NCBI GenBank assembly: GCA_963842085.1
Contig: CAWJET010000001.1
Coordinates: 1,536,001-1,600,000, forward strand
Length of the DNA stretch: 64,000 bases
Direction: 5' to 3'
Source: an uncultured delta proteobacterium
GTDB taxonomy: Bacteria > Desulfobacterota > Binatia > Binatales > Binataceae
In this document: in pieces, positions 1-13,517 of the stretch
Position numbering within the stretch: position 1 is the first letter of the stretch
How the letters are laid out: every line of letters begins with the position of its first letter
Program-made: the position numbers and the translations under genes
Notes under the pieces: model-generated
Databases searched by the model: none
Told to the model about the DNA's origin: nothing
What the model saw: only the letters and a program-made list of their open reading frames with translations

Positions 1-627
1 GCCGTGAATCTCGAGCGGACGCCCCTCGCGCCGCGCACGCAGGAACGCCGCGATTGCGAGCACGTACGATCCTTCCTGCGGCATCCGAGGACCGTACACG
101 CCGAAGTAGCGCAGCGTGATCGTCTGCATCGCGAACAGCCGATGGAACATCCGCGCGTACTGCTCGCCGACATACTTCTGCAGCGCATACGGGTTGAGCG
201 GATTCGGCGTCATCGTCTCGACCAGCGGCAGCCTCGCCTGCTCGCCGTACACCGACGACGATCCCGAATAGACAACGCGCCTGACTTTCCGATCGCGCGC
301 CGCGATCAACACGTTCAGCGTCCCGACCACGTTGGTCATGTGCGTTTCGACCGGCTTCGCAATCGAAAGCGGAATTCGCGGCAGCGCCGCCACATGGAAC
401 ACCGTATCCACCCCGTCGAATGCGTCAGCGATCGAGGACTCGCGGATATCCGCTTCGACCAGCTCGGCCGCTCGGTTCACATACTCGCGCCGGCCGGTGG
501 CGAAGTTGTCGATCACCCGCACGCGCAAGCCCGCGGCGACGAGCGCATCCACCAGATGCGACCCGATAAAACCCGCGCCGCCCGTCACCAGCACGAGTCG
601 TCCCGGAGTTTGCGAATCAGTGCTCAT
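1..627 (-). CDS. NAD-dependent epimerase/dehydratase (extended SDR), 3' end outside window
   Basis: Manual translation (not in ORF track): MSTDSQTPGRLVLVTGGAGFIGSH (GxxGxxG), SGSSSVYG, YALQK (YxxxK), LRYFGVYGP. Confidence 0.92.
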   Translation of the reverse strand, partial: MSTDSQTPGRLVLVTGGAGFIGSHLVDALVAAGLRVRVIDNFATGRREYVNRAAELVEADIRESSIADAFDGVDTVFHVAALPRIPLSIAKPVETHMTNVVGTLNVLIAARDRKVRRVVYSGSSSVYGEQARLPLVETMTPNPLNPYALQKYVGEQYARMFHRLFAMQTITLRYFGVYGPRMPQEGSYVLAIAAFLRARREGRPLEIHG

Positions 628-722
628 CGAGAGAACCGCACGCGAATCGATCAAAATTGCGCGGTTTGCATCGCTAGGATAACTTAGTTCGTTACCGCCC
701 GCACCAGAACGGGCACCAAACA

Positions 723-4250
<3,528 letters not shown>

Positions 4251-4273
4251 CCGCTGTTTGACTGCGCCCGGAA

Positions 4274-4876
4274 TTACTTGAGCTGAACGCGAGGATGCGC
4301 GACGCCGTTGCGCCCGTTGCCGCCGTCGACCGCACGCAGCTCCACTGCCGCGGCCTCTTCGTGCGGGTGATACGCCTCGCATCGGATCATCACCTGGCGT
4401 TCGCGCGGCCCGTCCAGCTCAACCAGGAAGACGCGCTGCCACCTGCCCAGCGCGAGCCGGCCATCGATCACAGGAATCGTCTCGCTGGTCGCAAGCAGCA
4501 GATGCATCAAGTGCGAATGCGCGTTGGGCCGCTCGTCAGGCGCGATCGGCGGTTTGCGGCGGTTCATGTCGTTATGATGGTAGCCGCGGTCCGACGGGCA
4601 CAGCTCGCGCAGCATCTCCTTGAAGTCCTCGAGCAGTAGCTGTTCCGCTTCGTTGATCTTGATCGCCGCCGTCGTGTGGCGAGAGAACACCCTCACCGCG
4701 CCGCTCTCGACGGCGTTCGCCGCCAGATGCTCGTTGATGTGATCCGTGAGGTCGATGAATTGGATCGGCTCGACTGTGGCGATATCCAAAATCGAATCCG
4801 AGAGCACGATCGAATGCCGCGAGCGCGGTAGTCTCGGACGAAATGTCGTCCGCACGGGATAGGCGTTTTCTGGCAT
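4274..4876 (-). CDS. yjbQ: YjbQ/UPF0047 family protein
   Basis: HTTAAIKINE, NAHSHL, LALGRWQRVFLVELDGPRER motifs; ATG at 4876 preceded by AAGGA. Confidence 0.87.
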   Translation of the reverse strand: MPENAYPVRTTFRPRLPRSRHSIVLSDSILDIATVEPIQFIDLTDHINEHLAANAVESGAVRVFSRHTTAAIKINEAEQLLLEDFKEMLRELCPSDRGYHHNDMNRRKPPIAPDERPNAHSHLMHLLLATSETIPVIDGRLALGRWQRVFLVELDGPRERQVMIRCEAYHPHEEAAAVELRAVDGGNGRNGVAHPRVQLK

Positions 4877-4973
4877 TTGGGTTTCCTTGGATGAGATGCA
4901 ATCGATGAGCGTCGAATTATCGATCATCCAGCCTAGGCACCACCGGCGCGAGGAGCAATTCACATGATGCGAT

Positions 4974-5008
4974 TTGACCGACTGACCACAAGGCGGTTAG
5001 TCGGTCAA
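4974..5008. repeat. 14-bp inverted repeat (gmd terminator or regulator operator)
   Basis: TTGACCGACTGACC-N7-GGTTAGTCGGTCAA, one mismatch, just downstream of gmd stop. Confidence 0.5.
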
Positions 5009-5029
5009 GTTATCTGCGAGGAGAATTTG

Positions 5030-6046
5030 TTAGTTCGCCTTGCCGCGTAGTTCGCGCTCGGCAAGCTCAAGGTCCGCCTCGATCATCAATTCGGCAAGCT
5101 GCTCGAACTTCACCTTGGGCGTCCAGCCGAGTTGGCGCCTGGCCTTCGCCGCGTCACCGACCAGCACATCGACTTCCGCGGGACGGAAGAATCGCTGATC
5201 GATCTCGAGGTGATCCTGCCATCTCAGCTTCAGGCGATCGAACACGACCTCCAGAAACTCCTGCACCGAATGGCTCTCGCCGGTCGCGATTACGAAGTCG
5301 TCGGGCTGCTCCTGTTGCAGCATCAGCCACATCGCCTCGACGTAGTCGCCGGCAAATCCCCAGTCGCGGCGCGCGTCCAGGTTTCCCAGTGCGAGCTTCT
5401 CCTGCATGCCCAGTTTGATTCGCGTGGCGCTGCGCGTGATCTTACGCGTCACGAAATTTTCACCGCGCCTTGGCGACTCGTGGTTGAAGAGAATTCCGTT
5501 GCACGCGAACAGCCCGTAGGCCTCGCGATAGTTGACCGTCTGCCAGTGCGCATAAACCTTGGCGCACGCGTAAGGACTGCGCGGATGAAATGGCGTGGTC
5601 TCGCGCTGCGGACTTTCCACCACCTTGCCGAACATCTCCGACGAGCCCGCCTGGTACAGCCGCGCCGCCCGCCCGCGGCGCTTGTTGTGATCGCGCAGCG
5701 CCTCCAGCAATCTGAGCGCCCCCAGCCCAACCACGTCGGCGGTGTATTCCGGCTGATCGAATGAGATGCGCACGTGCGATTGCGCGGCGAGATTGTAGAC
5801 CTCGTCGGGACGCACCTGCTCGATGATTCGCCTGAGCCCGGTGCCGTCGCCGAGATCCCCGTAATGCAGTTGCAGACCTTCGGAAGCGGGTCCGTAGCCC
5901 TTGCGCAGATGATCGATCCGTCCCGTGGCGAAACTCGAAGTGCGCCGCACCATCCCATGCACTTCGTAGCCCTTGTTCAGCAAAAGCTCGGCCAGGTAGG
6001 AACCATCCTGTCCGGTCACGCCGGTGATCAATGCTACCTTTGCCAT
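5030..6046 (-). CDS. gmd: GDP-mannose 4,6-dehydratase
   Basis: [64 protein letters not shown]. Confidence 0.97.
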   Translation of the reverse strand: MAKVALITGVTGQDGSYLAELLLNKGYEVHGMVRRTSSFATGRIDHLRKGYGPASEGLQLHYGDLGDGTGLRRIIEQVRPDEVYNLAAQSHVRISFDQPEYTADVVGLGALRLLEALRDHNKRRGRAARLYQAGSSEMFGKVVESPQRETTPFHPRSPYACAKVYAHWQTVNYREAYGLFACNGILFNHESPRRGENFVTRKITRSATRIKLGMQEKLALGNLDARRDWGFAGDYVEAMWLMLQQEQPDDFVIATGESHSVQEFLEVVFDRLKLRWQDHLEIDQRFFRPAEVDVLVGDAAKARRQLGWTPKVKFEQLAELMIEADLELAERELRGKAN

Positions 6047-6182
6047 CTAGACTCCGCGCCGCGCAGTGCCGAAGAAATATACCATGTCCTCCACAGTGCA
6101 AAAACCGCGCATCGGCGCAAACAAAAAAGGCGCGGCGTATTCCGCCGCGCCTCCGCAGACACATTGCAACCGGTCGCGGGAT

Positions 6183-6545
6183 TCAGTCGCCGGGTACTAG
6201 CCGATGCGAGTCGCTGTCAAAGTGCTGGGTGGAAAATTCAAACAACTCGGCGTCCTCGATCGCTTCCATCTGATGCACCAGCCCGATCGGGACGTCCATG
6301 CATTCGCCCGCCGCCAATTCGAATTCCTCGATCGTGGTGCTTTCCGGCGATTCCTTGATTCGCACGATCAGCCTGCCGCTGCGCAGGTAAAACGATTCGG
6401 TCTTGAGCTTGTGGTAATGTAGCGAGCACTTCTTGCCCTTGCGAATTTCCAGAATTTTCCCGCAGTAGAGATCGCCGTTTGCGATCCAGACCTCGCGGCC
6501 CCATCCCTTGGGCACAACCCGGATCGGCTTTCGTGCTCGATTCAT
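6183..6545 (-). CDS. Cupin-domain protein (sugar isomerase-like)
   Basis: VPKGWGRE, CSLHYHKLKTESFY, VHQM cupin motifs; paralog at 59620-59985. Confidence 0.85.
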   Translation of the reverse strand: MNRARKPIRVVPKGWGREVWIANGDLYCGKILEIRKGKKCSLHYHKLKTESFYLRSGRLIVRIKESPESTTIEEFELAAGECMDVPIGLVHQMEAIEDAELFEFSTQHFDSDSHRLVPGD

Positions 6546-6680
6546 TCTCTTGCCTGGCGCGACGCTGATCGAACCATAAACCCACTGCATGTATGGTAGT
6601 TGGGATCACCGCTGTAGAAAAGTATCCCGTAGCAAATTGTTGAGTGCAACGAGGAGATGAGAGACCTTTTAGACGTAGAG

Positions 6681-7766
6681 TGGAGTGAACCCCTAAAACT
6701 GGACAGCCGAGGAGCGTCGGATTGGACCGGGCGGTGGGCTTATCGGAGGATAGGCCATGGCACAGCATCGGAGTTTCAGCACGGAGTTCAAAGCTCGCGA
6801 AGGAGTTTCTCAACGGCCGCGCCGGCCTGCATGAGCTTGCGCGGCGCTACAGTCTGTCGTGCAATCTGATTCGGCTCTGGGTCCGCAAGTACGAGGCGGG
6901 CGAGTTCACCGACGAGATGGCCGAGAAAGTGCAGGTCGCCGAGTACGGGCGCGAGATCGCGGAGCTGGAACGCAAGGTCGGCCAGCTGACGATGGAGGTT
7001 GACCTCCTGAAAAAGGGGGGCGCAGTTGGGACCCCGGACCAGCGCCGGGAGCTACCTCCATCGTGAGCGGTCCAAAGCCGTCTCCGTTGCGCGGGGATGC
7101 CGAATCATGAAGCTGGCGCGCTCGACGTATTATTGCCGCGGCCGCCCGTCCAGTGCGCAAGTTCGTACGCACGACTGATAGTGATCACGACGGTCCGATC
7201 TTCCCCAATCTCGCCCGCGACCTGGTCCTGACCGGCCCCCATCAGTTGTGGGTCGGCGATATCCTATATCCGGATCGCCGCCGGCTTCGTCTATCTGGCC
7301 GTGATCCTCGACGCCTGGTCGCGTCGAGTGATCGGCTCGGACTCGGTCGGCAGATTGATACTCGGCTGACACTCGCTGCACTGCGGGCCGCGAGCGAGTC
7401 GCGCCGCCCGCCGCGGGGTTGCGTCCATCATTCCGACCGCGGTGCGCAGTACGTGAACCTTATCGCCGAAAACTTGTCGAGAACGGCCTGAGTTGGTTCG
7501 ATGAGTCGGCGCGGCAATCCTTACGACAACGGCAAGGCCGAGAGCTTCATGAAGACCCTCAAGTGCGAAGAGGTATATTTCAGCGACTACCGGACTTACG
7601 CCGACGTGATCGCGAGGCTTCCACACTTCATCGACGAGGTATACAACACCCGCAGACTGCACTCGGCTCTCGGCTGTCTCGCACCTATGCAGTTCGAGGA
7701 GCAACACGCCCGCGCCCTGGTCCAATCACCCACTTAACCACTGTCCAACCCGAGGGGTTCACTCCA
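6681..7766 (+). mobile_element. Degenerate IS3-family element
   Basis: Terminal IRs TGGAGTGAACCCCT..GGACAG / CTGTCC..AGGGGTTCACTCCA; 3-bp TSD GAG on both sides; frameshifted orfA/orfB pieces ([41 protein letters not shown]). Confidence 0.92.
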
Positions 7767-7782
7767 GAGCCGGGCCGGATTT

Positions 7783-8561
7783 TTGCTCGAATTGCCCGCT
7801 GAAGAAACTCGAATTCACTTAGAAACTGAAATGGGTTCGTTTGGCAAAAGACGCAAAAACCATTCCTGGGCCGCCCTCATTGCGAGGCAAACAATGTTCT
7901 GTTCTTTACACCCACAAGCGGAACGTTCTTCAGCACGCTCATCCGTTTTGCAAGAAGACGAGCGCTTCGACTGCGCGAAATGAATCCGGTAAGTCGCGGG
8001 CCACCAAGGGACGGTTGCGCGCCACCAACAGCACCCAGCGGCGCCACGAGATCGCCAGCATCGGCAATGCCATTGCGACATAGCAGCTCGCCCAGCGGCA
8101 GCTACTACGAGCTCGTGTGGAACAATGTTGCTTACGCGCATGGTTTCGTCTCTGGAAGGGCACTGCAACCGGCTACTGCTGCGATAGCCCTCGGGGGCGG
8201 CACTGCAAAGAAGTTATCGCTACTCTGGGCACTTCGAACAATATCGTCGAAACCTATGATTTCAATCATTCCGGAACTTGCGCATGAAGACCTGGCAGAA
8301 ATGACCGGCTGTTCGAGGACGATGGTCAGCCGCCTTCTCGCGGAAATGGCCGAAAATGAGCTTCTGATTCGCCGAGGAAAGCAGTACCTTTTGCTGAACA
8401 AATGGCAGTCCAGGGCAAGACAGGCTCTGCCGCAAGTTAAAACCGACATCAACGGCGATAATTCGAAAACGACGCGTTTGCCGCCAGTTTCACGGCTTGA
8501 GGCGCCGCGAACCGCTTACAACGGGCGTCTTCGGAGCGTACGCGGCGCGCTGCTCCAGTGA
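7783..8561 (+). pseudogene. Crp/Fnr-family regulator remnant
   Basis: HTH_Crp-like LAHEDLAEMTGCSRTMVSRLLAEM; N-terminal part broken and adjacent to the IS. Confidence 0.6.
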
Positions 8562-8995
8562 GGTCGCCGGGCTCTGACAAGTCAGGACGCGAATCGCGCC
8601 GCCGCCGCTTTCGGATACGCTGATCGCCGTGCTCGACACAATTGGAGACCGGTTCGCGCGCTTGCATTATTCGGCCAGATTTCGCAAAGCCTGGCCGGAC
8701 CCGTGGATCGCGCCTGCTGTGGAACCCAAGTCGAGCGGGAAGTCGGCTTTGCCGGGGCAAGACGCAGGTGCCGGACTGACGATTGCTCCCTCCGGCGGAC
8801 ATCGCGCCGAGCTGACTTGCGATCGCGCGGAAGGGCTCTGGGAGCGTAAAGTGTCTGCGGCCGTAAGATGCCACCCTCTGCCCATCTGCAACGCAACCGA
8901 CTTTCCGGCCCGGGTCCGGTTCGCGCGATTACGGGCGGAAGGAGCGGAAAGGGGCACGCCGCGATGGAAGATCAGCGGGCGGTTCCGTCGTAAGT

Positions 8996-10183
8996 CTAAC
9001 CTCTTAACCAATTCGGAACCTCGATCAGGGATGATGCAGAGGTGGCGCTGGCGAATATTCGATCGTTGTTGATCATTATGGAAGACGACAAGACATCGCG
9101 AACATGACGCGAGACGCTGAACTCGCCTTCGTTGCGATAACCCGCCAGCCCACAAGCTAGCAGCGCGCTCATAACAGTCGCGGTGGCCAATTCCGAAGCG
9201 CTCACCTTGAGCAAATTCATCGCGTTTTGAAAATCAAGCGATTCAAGGTCGTCGGCCTGGTCTGCCGCAGCTTCGAATCTCTGCAGCGCCGACGCTACCA
9301 GCGCTCTCAATGAACGCGGCGACATACCGGCGCGGGTGAGATGAGCCGCGCCGAGCGGCAGCTGACCGCTCGTGCAGCGAGCAGAGGTGCGGACAAACGA
9401 TCGCGCGCGCTCCGTAGCACCGGCGGCAAGTCCTGCCCACACCGCGCTCCAAGTCAGATGCGCAACCGGCATCATCGTATGCGCTTGAATTTTCTGGTAG
9501 GACTCCGGCAGCACATGCTCGACCTCCCCGTTGCCCTTGAGCATGAAGCCGGCGCTGCAGGTGCCGCGCATGCCCAGCACGTCCCAGTCTACGATCGGAT
9601 CGAGTTGACATTGGTCCTTAAGGAACACCACCAAGATTTGGTCGGAAGGTAGCGCGTCGGCAGAGCGCCGTGCAGTGGTTAGGATCGCGTCGGCCTGGGC
9701 GCCGTACGACACGACGGTTGCGCTTTTCGTGAGTGCTATGCGCGAACCGGTTTGCTCCAAGGCGCAGGCGCTCGTGCGCAGATCACCACCACCCTGGCCT
9801 TCGGTCGTGGACGACGCAAGCAGCAACTGCTCCGTGCAAAGCCGCCGGAGAAAGCGCCTGTGCCACGCACTGCTTCGAGCGTGGCGGACGAGGATCGCGG
9901 CCATAATTTGGTGCATAGCGAAAATCAAGCCGCTTGACGCGCAGGCCCGCCCGAGCAGATAGCAAACATCCGCCGCGTCCGAGACGCTTGCTCCTTCTCC
10001 GCCGAGCTCAGTCGGAACCAGGATGCCGAGCAGCCGCTGGGCCCGGGCCGCGGAGAAGGCCTCTTGCGGAAAACGCGCTTCGCGATCGACGCGGTCAGCA
10101 TTCTGGGCGGCGACTGCAGCTGTGGCTTCAGCCCTCACCTTCAGATCGCCGTCGATAACGCAATTCTGTAGCATCTTAGCCAT
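8996..10183 (-). CDS. Acyl-CoA/acyl-ACP dehydrogenase family protein
   Basis: VDREARFPQEAF, VPTELGGEG, WDVLGMRGTCS, CGLAGY, SRHVRDVLS motifs. Confidence 0.9.
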   Translation of the reverse strand: MAKMLQNCVIDGDLKVRAEATAAVAAQNADRVDREARFPQEAFSAARAQRLLGILVPTELGGEGASVSDAADVCYLLGRACASSGLIFAMHQIMAAILVRHARSSAWHRRFLRRLCTEQLLLASSTTEGQGGGDLRTSACALEQTGSRIALTKSATVVSYGAQADAILTTARRSADALPSDQILVVFLKDQCQLDPIVDWDVLGMRGTCSAGFMLKGNGEVEHVLPESYQKIQAHTMMPVAHLTWSAVWAGLAAGATERARSFVRTSARCTSGQLPLGAAHLTRAGMSPRSLRALVASALQRFEAAADQADDLESLDFQNAMNLLKVSASELATATVMSALLACGLAGYRNEGEFSVSRHVRDVLSSSIMINNDRIFASATSASSLIEVPNWLRG

Positions 10184-10533
10184 ATACGCTTTCAGTACTT
10201 GATAGAGAGATAAAGGCAGATGTCGTGCGCGGCCTCAGTAAGCAGCGCAAGGCTGAGCCCAGCGGCCCGGAAGGAGTGGGGCCAATCCCCTTTTGGGCCG
10301 ACGTGGTGATGTTTATCCGGAGGGGCTGAAAACATCATGAACCCTCAACTTCTATCGTGGGCCCTAGAACAATTCGGCAACAGTCCGGCGGCTGGCACGC
10401 TGCATGAGCTGGCATTCCACGCACTTTCGTGTCCTGGTTCCGAAAGTAGGTGGAACTGATCATATGGACGCGATAAATCAATAATCTGCTGGCTACTATG
10501 GCACAAATACGCTATGATTAGTATTGTTAGTTC

Positions 10534-10797
10534 ATGGATAATTTCGACGGCTCGCCGGAACAGAGGATTACCAGAGTAGCGCAGCGACTGTTCCAGGAGC
10601 GCTCCATCACGCAATCGCTGCGCTCCGACGACAACTTCGTTGACGTTGGATTGACCTCGCTGGATTTGGTCAAACTTGTCCTTCGCGTCGAAGAAGAGTT
10701 TGGCCTCGAGCTACCCACAAGCGACATCACCCCCGCGCACTTTCGTTCGATCGCCACCATAAGCCGATTGGTTACCAAATTGCTCAACAAGGCCTAG
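10534..10797 (+). CDS. Acyl/aminoacyl carrier protein
   Basis: 87 aa; DVGLTSLDLV phosphopantetheine-attachment motif, EEEFGLEL. Confidence 0.88.
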   Translation: MDNFDGSPEQRITRVAQRLFQERSITQSLRSDDNFVDVGLTSLDLVKLVLRVEEEFGLELPTSDITPAHFRSIATISRLVTKLLNKA

Positions 10798-10960
10798 AGG
10801 GTTGCTGGAGACGCAGGCGAACGACCTCGGCCAAGAGCATACAAAATATTTTCACCCTCGACGGCCGTGTGTTCGCACCAGCCACGCGCCCTGGCCAAGG
10901 GATCGGCCGGTTGTCGAATGTCGGCTGCCGGGACTTCACGCCGCTTGGCAAGTGTGGCCC

Positions 10961-12445
10961 TCATTTCATCGCTGCCTGCAAGACGTCCACCAACTTCGCG
11001 ACGTCGTCTGTCGTCGTCTCGCCGTGGGTTACACAGATCCGGATCACTTCGCTACCTTCGAACGCTGCCGCCCCAACCCATGCACGGCCAGACGCAAGGA
11101 CCTGGTCCACGATCGATCGAACCTCGTTAGATCCGGGCGGGGGCTGGACGCAGAGCACGGCCAATGGCGATTCGTTGACAATCGACCAGCGCCTCGTTGT
11201 GAGGTCGGCCCCGAGCAGTGCGCTCAGCTCGATCGAGCGCTCGACGTGTTGCCCGTAGCCCGTCCATCCAGCTGCCGCGAGCGACAGGAACAGGCGCAGG
11301 CCCAGGAATCGTCGCGACCACTGAACTGATGTCACGTAGGGGTCAGAGCTGGGAATGTTCGAGGGCATAAAGGTGGTCGAAACCTGAAACGCGGACGATA
11401 GCACGTGCGGGTGCAAGGTGATGAACATCCCGCAGCCCATGGTCGTCGCAAACCATTTGTGAGCGTCGATCGTAACGGAATCCGCCCGTTCGATACCAGC
11501 GAGAACGTGCCGCAGCCGGTCAGAGGCAATGAGCGCGCCGCCCCAGGCCGCGTCGACGTGGAACCAGAGGTTATTTGATCGGGCCAGTTCGGCGCATGCC
11601 TCTAGAGGGTCGATCATTCCCGCGTTAGTGGTCCCGGCCGTGGCTGCGATCATGACGGGCACGCATCCGCTCGCGCGGTCATCGATCACCGCGTCTTTGA
11701 GTGCGGTTTGGTCCATGCGTCCGAGTCCGTCGGTCGCGATCAGACGCACCGCCGAGCGGCCGATCCCCGCCTGGTGCGCGATTTTAAGCCAGGCAAGATG
11801 GCTCTCCTGCGAGACGTAGAACACGGGGGCGCCGTCAAAGGCACGGGCACCCTTCGTCGCAAATTCTGGAGTGGCCCTGGTCAAGGCGCAAAGTAGAGCC
11901 GTGTAGTTCGCTTCGGATCCGCCAGCCGTGAAATGGCCCGCAGCCTCAGGCGGGAATCCGGCGCGCCGGGCGACAGAACGGATGACGTGAGCCTCTATCT
12001 CAACTGCAACCGGGGAGGTCGTCGAGGTCGCCAGCTGAGGATTGAACGCACCGGCGATCCGATCTGCGCATTGAGCAGGGAAGGTGGGAGCCGGATTGAA
12101 CAACCCGAAGTAGCGCGGGTGCGTCACATGGACTAGACCGTGCTCCATCTTCTCGATCGTCCACGATAACAATTGGCCGAGCGGGCGCGGCGTTCGAAAA
12201 TCGAAATCGGCGAGTTCGCTCCTGAAGTCGGCGAGGTTCAGATCAGGTGTGACCGGGCCTGCGGCTACGCGCTCATTGGCGCGCAGCAACTTCAGTGTCA
12301 GGAGATCGTCCCAACGCACGCGGTTTGCGGGCGTTGGAAAGAGATTCGATGCGTGTCCGGATGGCTCACGATGTTCTACGAGCTGCGAAACCGGTTTTCT
12401 GTCGTACGACATCGTAGCAATGTGCCCAGAAAAGGCCTCAAGCAA
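10961..12445 (-). CDS. Group II PLP-dependent amino acid decarboxylase (alternative ATG start at 12412)
   Basis: HPRYFGLF, GGSEAN, AGTTNAG, HVDAAWGG, DSVTIDAHKW (PLP lysine). Confidence 0.92.
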   Translation of the reverse strand: MLEAFSGHIATMSYDRKPVSQLVEHREPSGHASNLFPTPANRVRWDDLLTLKLLRANERVAAGPVTPDLNLADFRSELADFDFRTPRPLGQLLSWTIEKMEHGLVHVTHPRYFGLFNPAPTFPAQCADRIAGAFNPQLATSTTSPVAVEIEAHVIRSVARRAGFPPEAAGHFTAGGSEANYTALLCALTRATPEFATKGARAFDGAPVFYVSQESHLAWLKIAHQAGIGRSAVRLIATDGLGRMDQTALKDAVIDDRASGCVPVMIAATAGTTNAGMIDPLEACAELARSNNLWFHVDAAWGGALIASDRLRHVLAGIERADSVTIDAHKWFATTMGCGMFITLHPHVLSSAFQVSTTFMPSNIPSSDPYVTSVQWSRRFLGLRLFLSLAAAGWTGYGQHVERSIELSALLGADLTTRRWSIVNESPLAVLCVQPPPGSNEVRSIVDQVLASGRAWVGAAAFEGSEVIRICVTHGETTTDDVAKLVDVLQAAMK

Positions 12446-12469
12446 CCGATGCGGCAGCGTCCATCTGGC

Positions 12470-13492
12470 TCACGCAGCTTGCGACGCATTGGCGGAATGC
12501 GGCGCCCTGGAACGGTCGCCTGGATGACGGTGCTCCACCAAATAAGACAACCAATTCGTGTACAAACGCACCGCCGGCTCATGCCAGTCATGCGCCAACT
12601 TTCTCTCCGCTTGCGGAAAATTCAACGCAATGTCAGTGCGGTGGGTTCGCAGCGTTCGCCGCCGGAACTCGTCAAATTCAGCTGCGGTCTCATCATGGAA
12701 ATAGCCCCGCGGCATGTCAGGGTATCGATCTCTTTCGCCAGCGACGAATTCGCGGAAGTCTCTGCGATATTCACGGAACAACGCCTCTGGGTCGTATTCC
12801 GGATGGCCTTGAAGGTAAATCGAGAGACTCCTCCTCTGCTTGACGAACATATCGGCACCCGCCTCGGGCGATCTCGACACAATGCAATAGTCTTTGGAAA
12901 CGAGCTCCTGCTCGGATAGATCGTTGTATCTCGAATGCGGCATGCACCATTGCGGTGCACTACCGGATACGACCACGTGGTCCGCGACCTTCGCGCACTC
13001 GAACACACCCCAAAGTTTCTCGCGGAACGGCCGCCGCTGTATTCCGTCCAGATGAAGGACGGCGGCATGCGCGGCAAGACACGACCAAACTGTCGAGGTA
13101 GTGTGGTCTTCCGCCCAATCCACGACTTTGGTCATGGTGGGCCAATAGGGTTCGTCCGATAGCACCAGTGCGTGCGGCTCCGTGCCGGTGACGATCAGGC
13201 CGTCGAGACGGTCCGCAAACATCTCGCCGATGTCCTCGTAGTGTTGGCTGACATACGTCCGGCCCGCCTCCGAGCGCCGCAGCTGCGGTATCGAGAAAAA
13301 CCTCACTACGATCAAAAGATCTCGTGACGCTTCGGCCAGCAGATCGCAGAATTGACGCTCCGTGGCTTGCAGAGCGGCGTCGGGCATGTTGTTGACGAGC
13401 CCGATCACTATGGGCGCCATCTCGCGGAGGTTCAACCGGCGCGTGACATCCCCCAGCGAGGCCCTGACCGGCCCCGACCGTATCTTGATCAT
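12470..13492 (-). CDS. metA: Homoserine O-acyltransferase (MetA family; succinyl vs acetyl specificity unresolved)
   Basis: GLVNNMPD, DGLIVTG, WSCLAAHAA (catalytic Cys), PHSRYN, QGHPEY. Confidence 0.88.
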   Translation of the reverse strand: MIKIRSGPVRASLGDVTRRLNLREMAPIVIGLVNNMPDAALQATERQFCDLLAEASRDLLIVVRFFSIPQLRRSEAGRTYVSQHYEDIGEMFADRLDGLIVTGTEPHALVLSDEPYWPTMTKVVDWAEDHTTSTVWSCLAAHAAVLHLDGIQRRPFREKLWGVFECAKVADHVVVSGSAPQWCMPHSRYNDLSEQELVSKDYCIVSRSPEAGADMFVKQRRSLSIYLQGHPEYDPEALFREYRRDFREFVAGERDRYPDMPRGYFHDETAAEFDEFRRRTLRTHRTDIALNFPQAERKLAHDWHEPAVRLYTNWLSYLVEHRHPGDRSRAPHSANASQAA

Positions 13493-13517
13493 GTTTTTGC
13501 CCTACTGACGCCTTGCG

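Noticed and set aside
8560-8995. Amino acid:[carrier protein] ligase remnant downstream of the ACAD
   Set aside because: No recognisable class II synthetase motifs in the frames read
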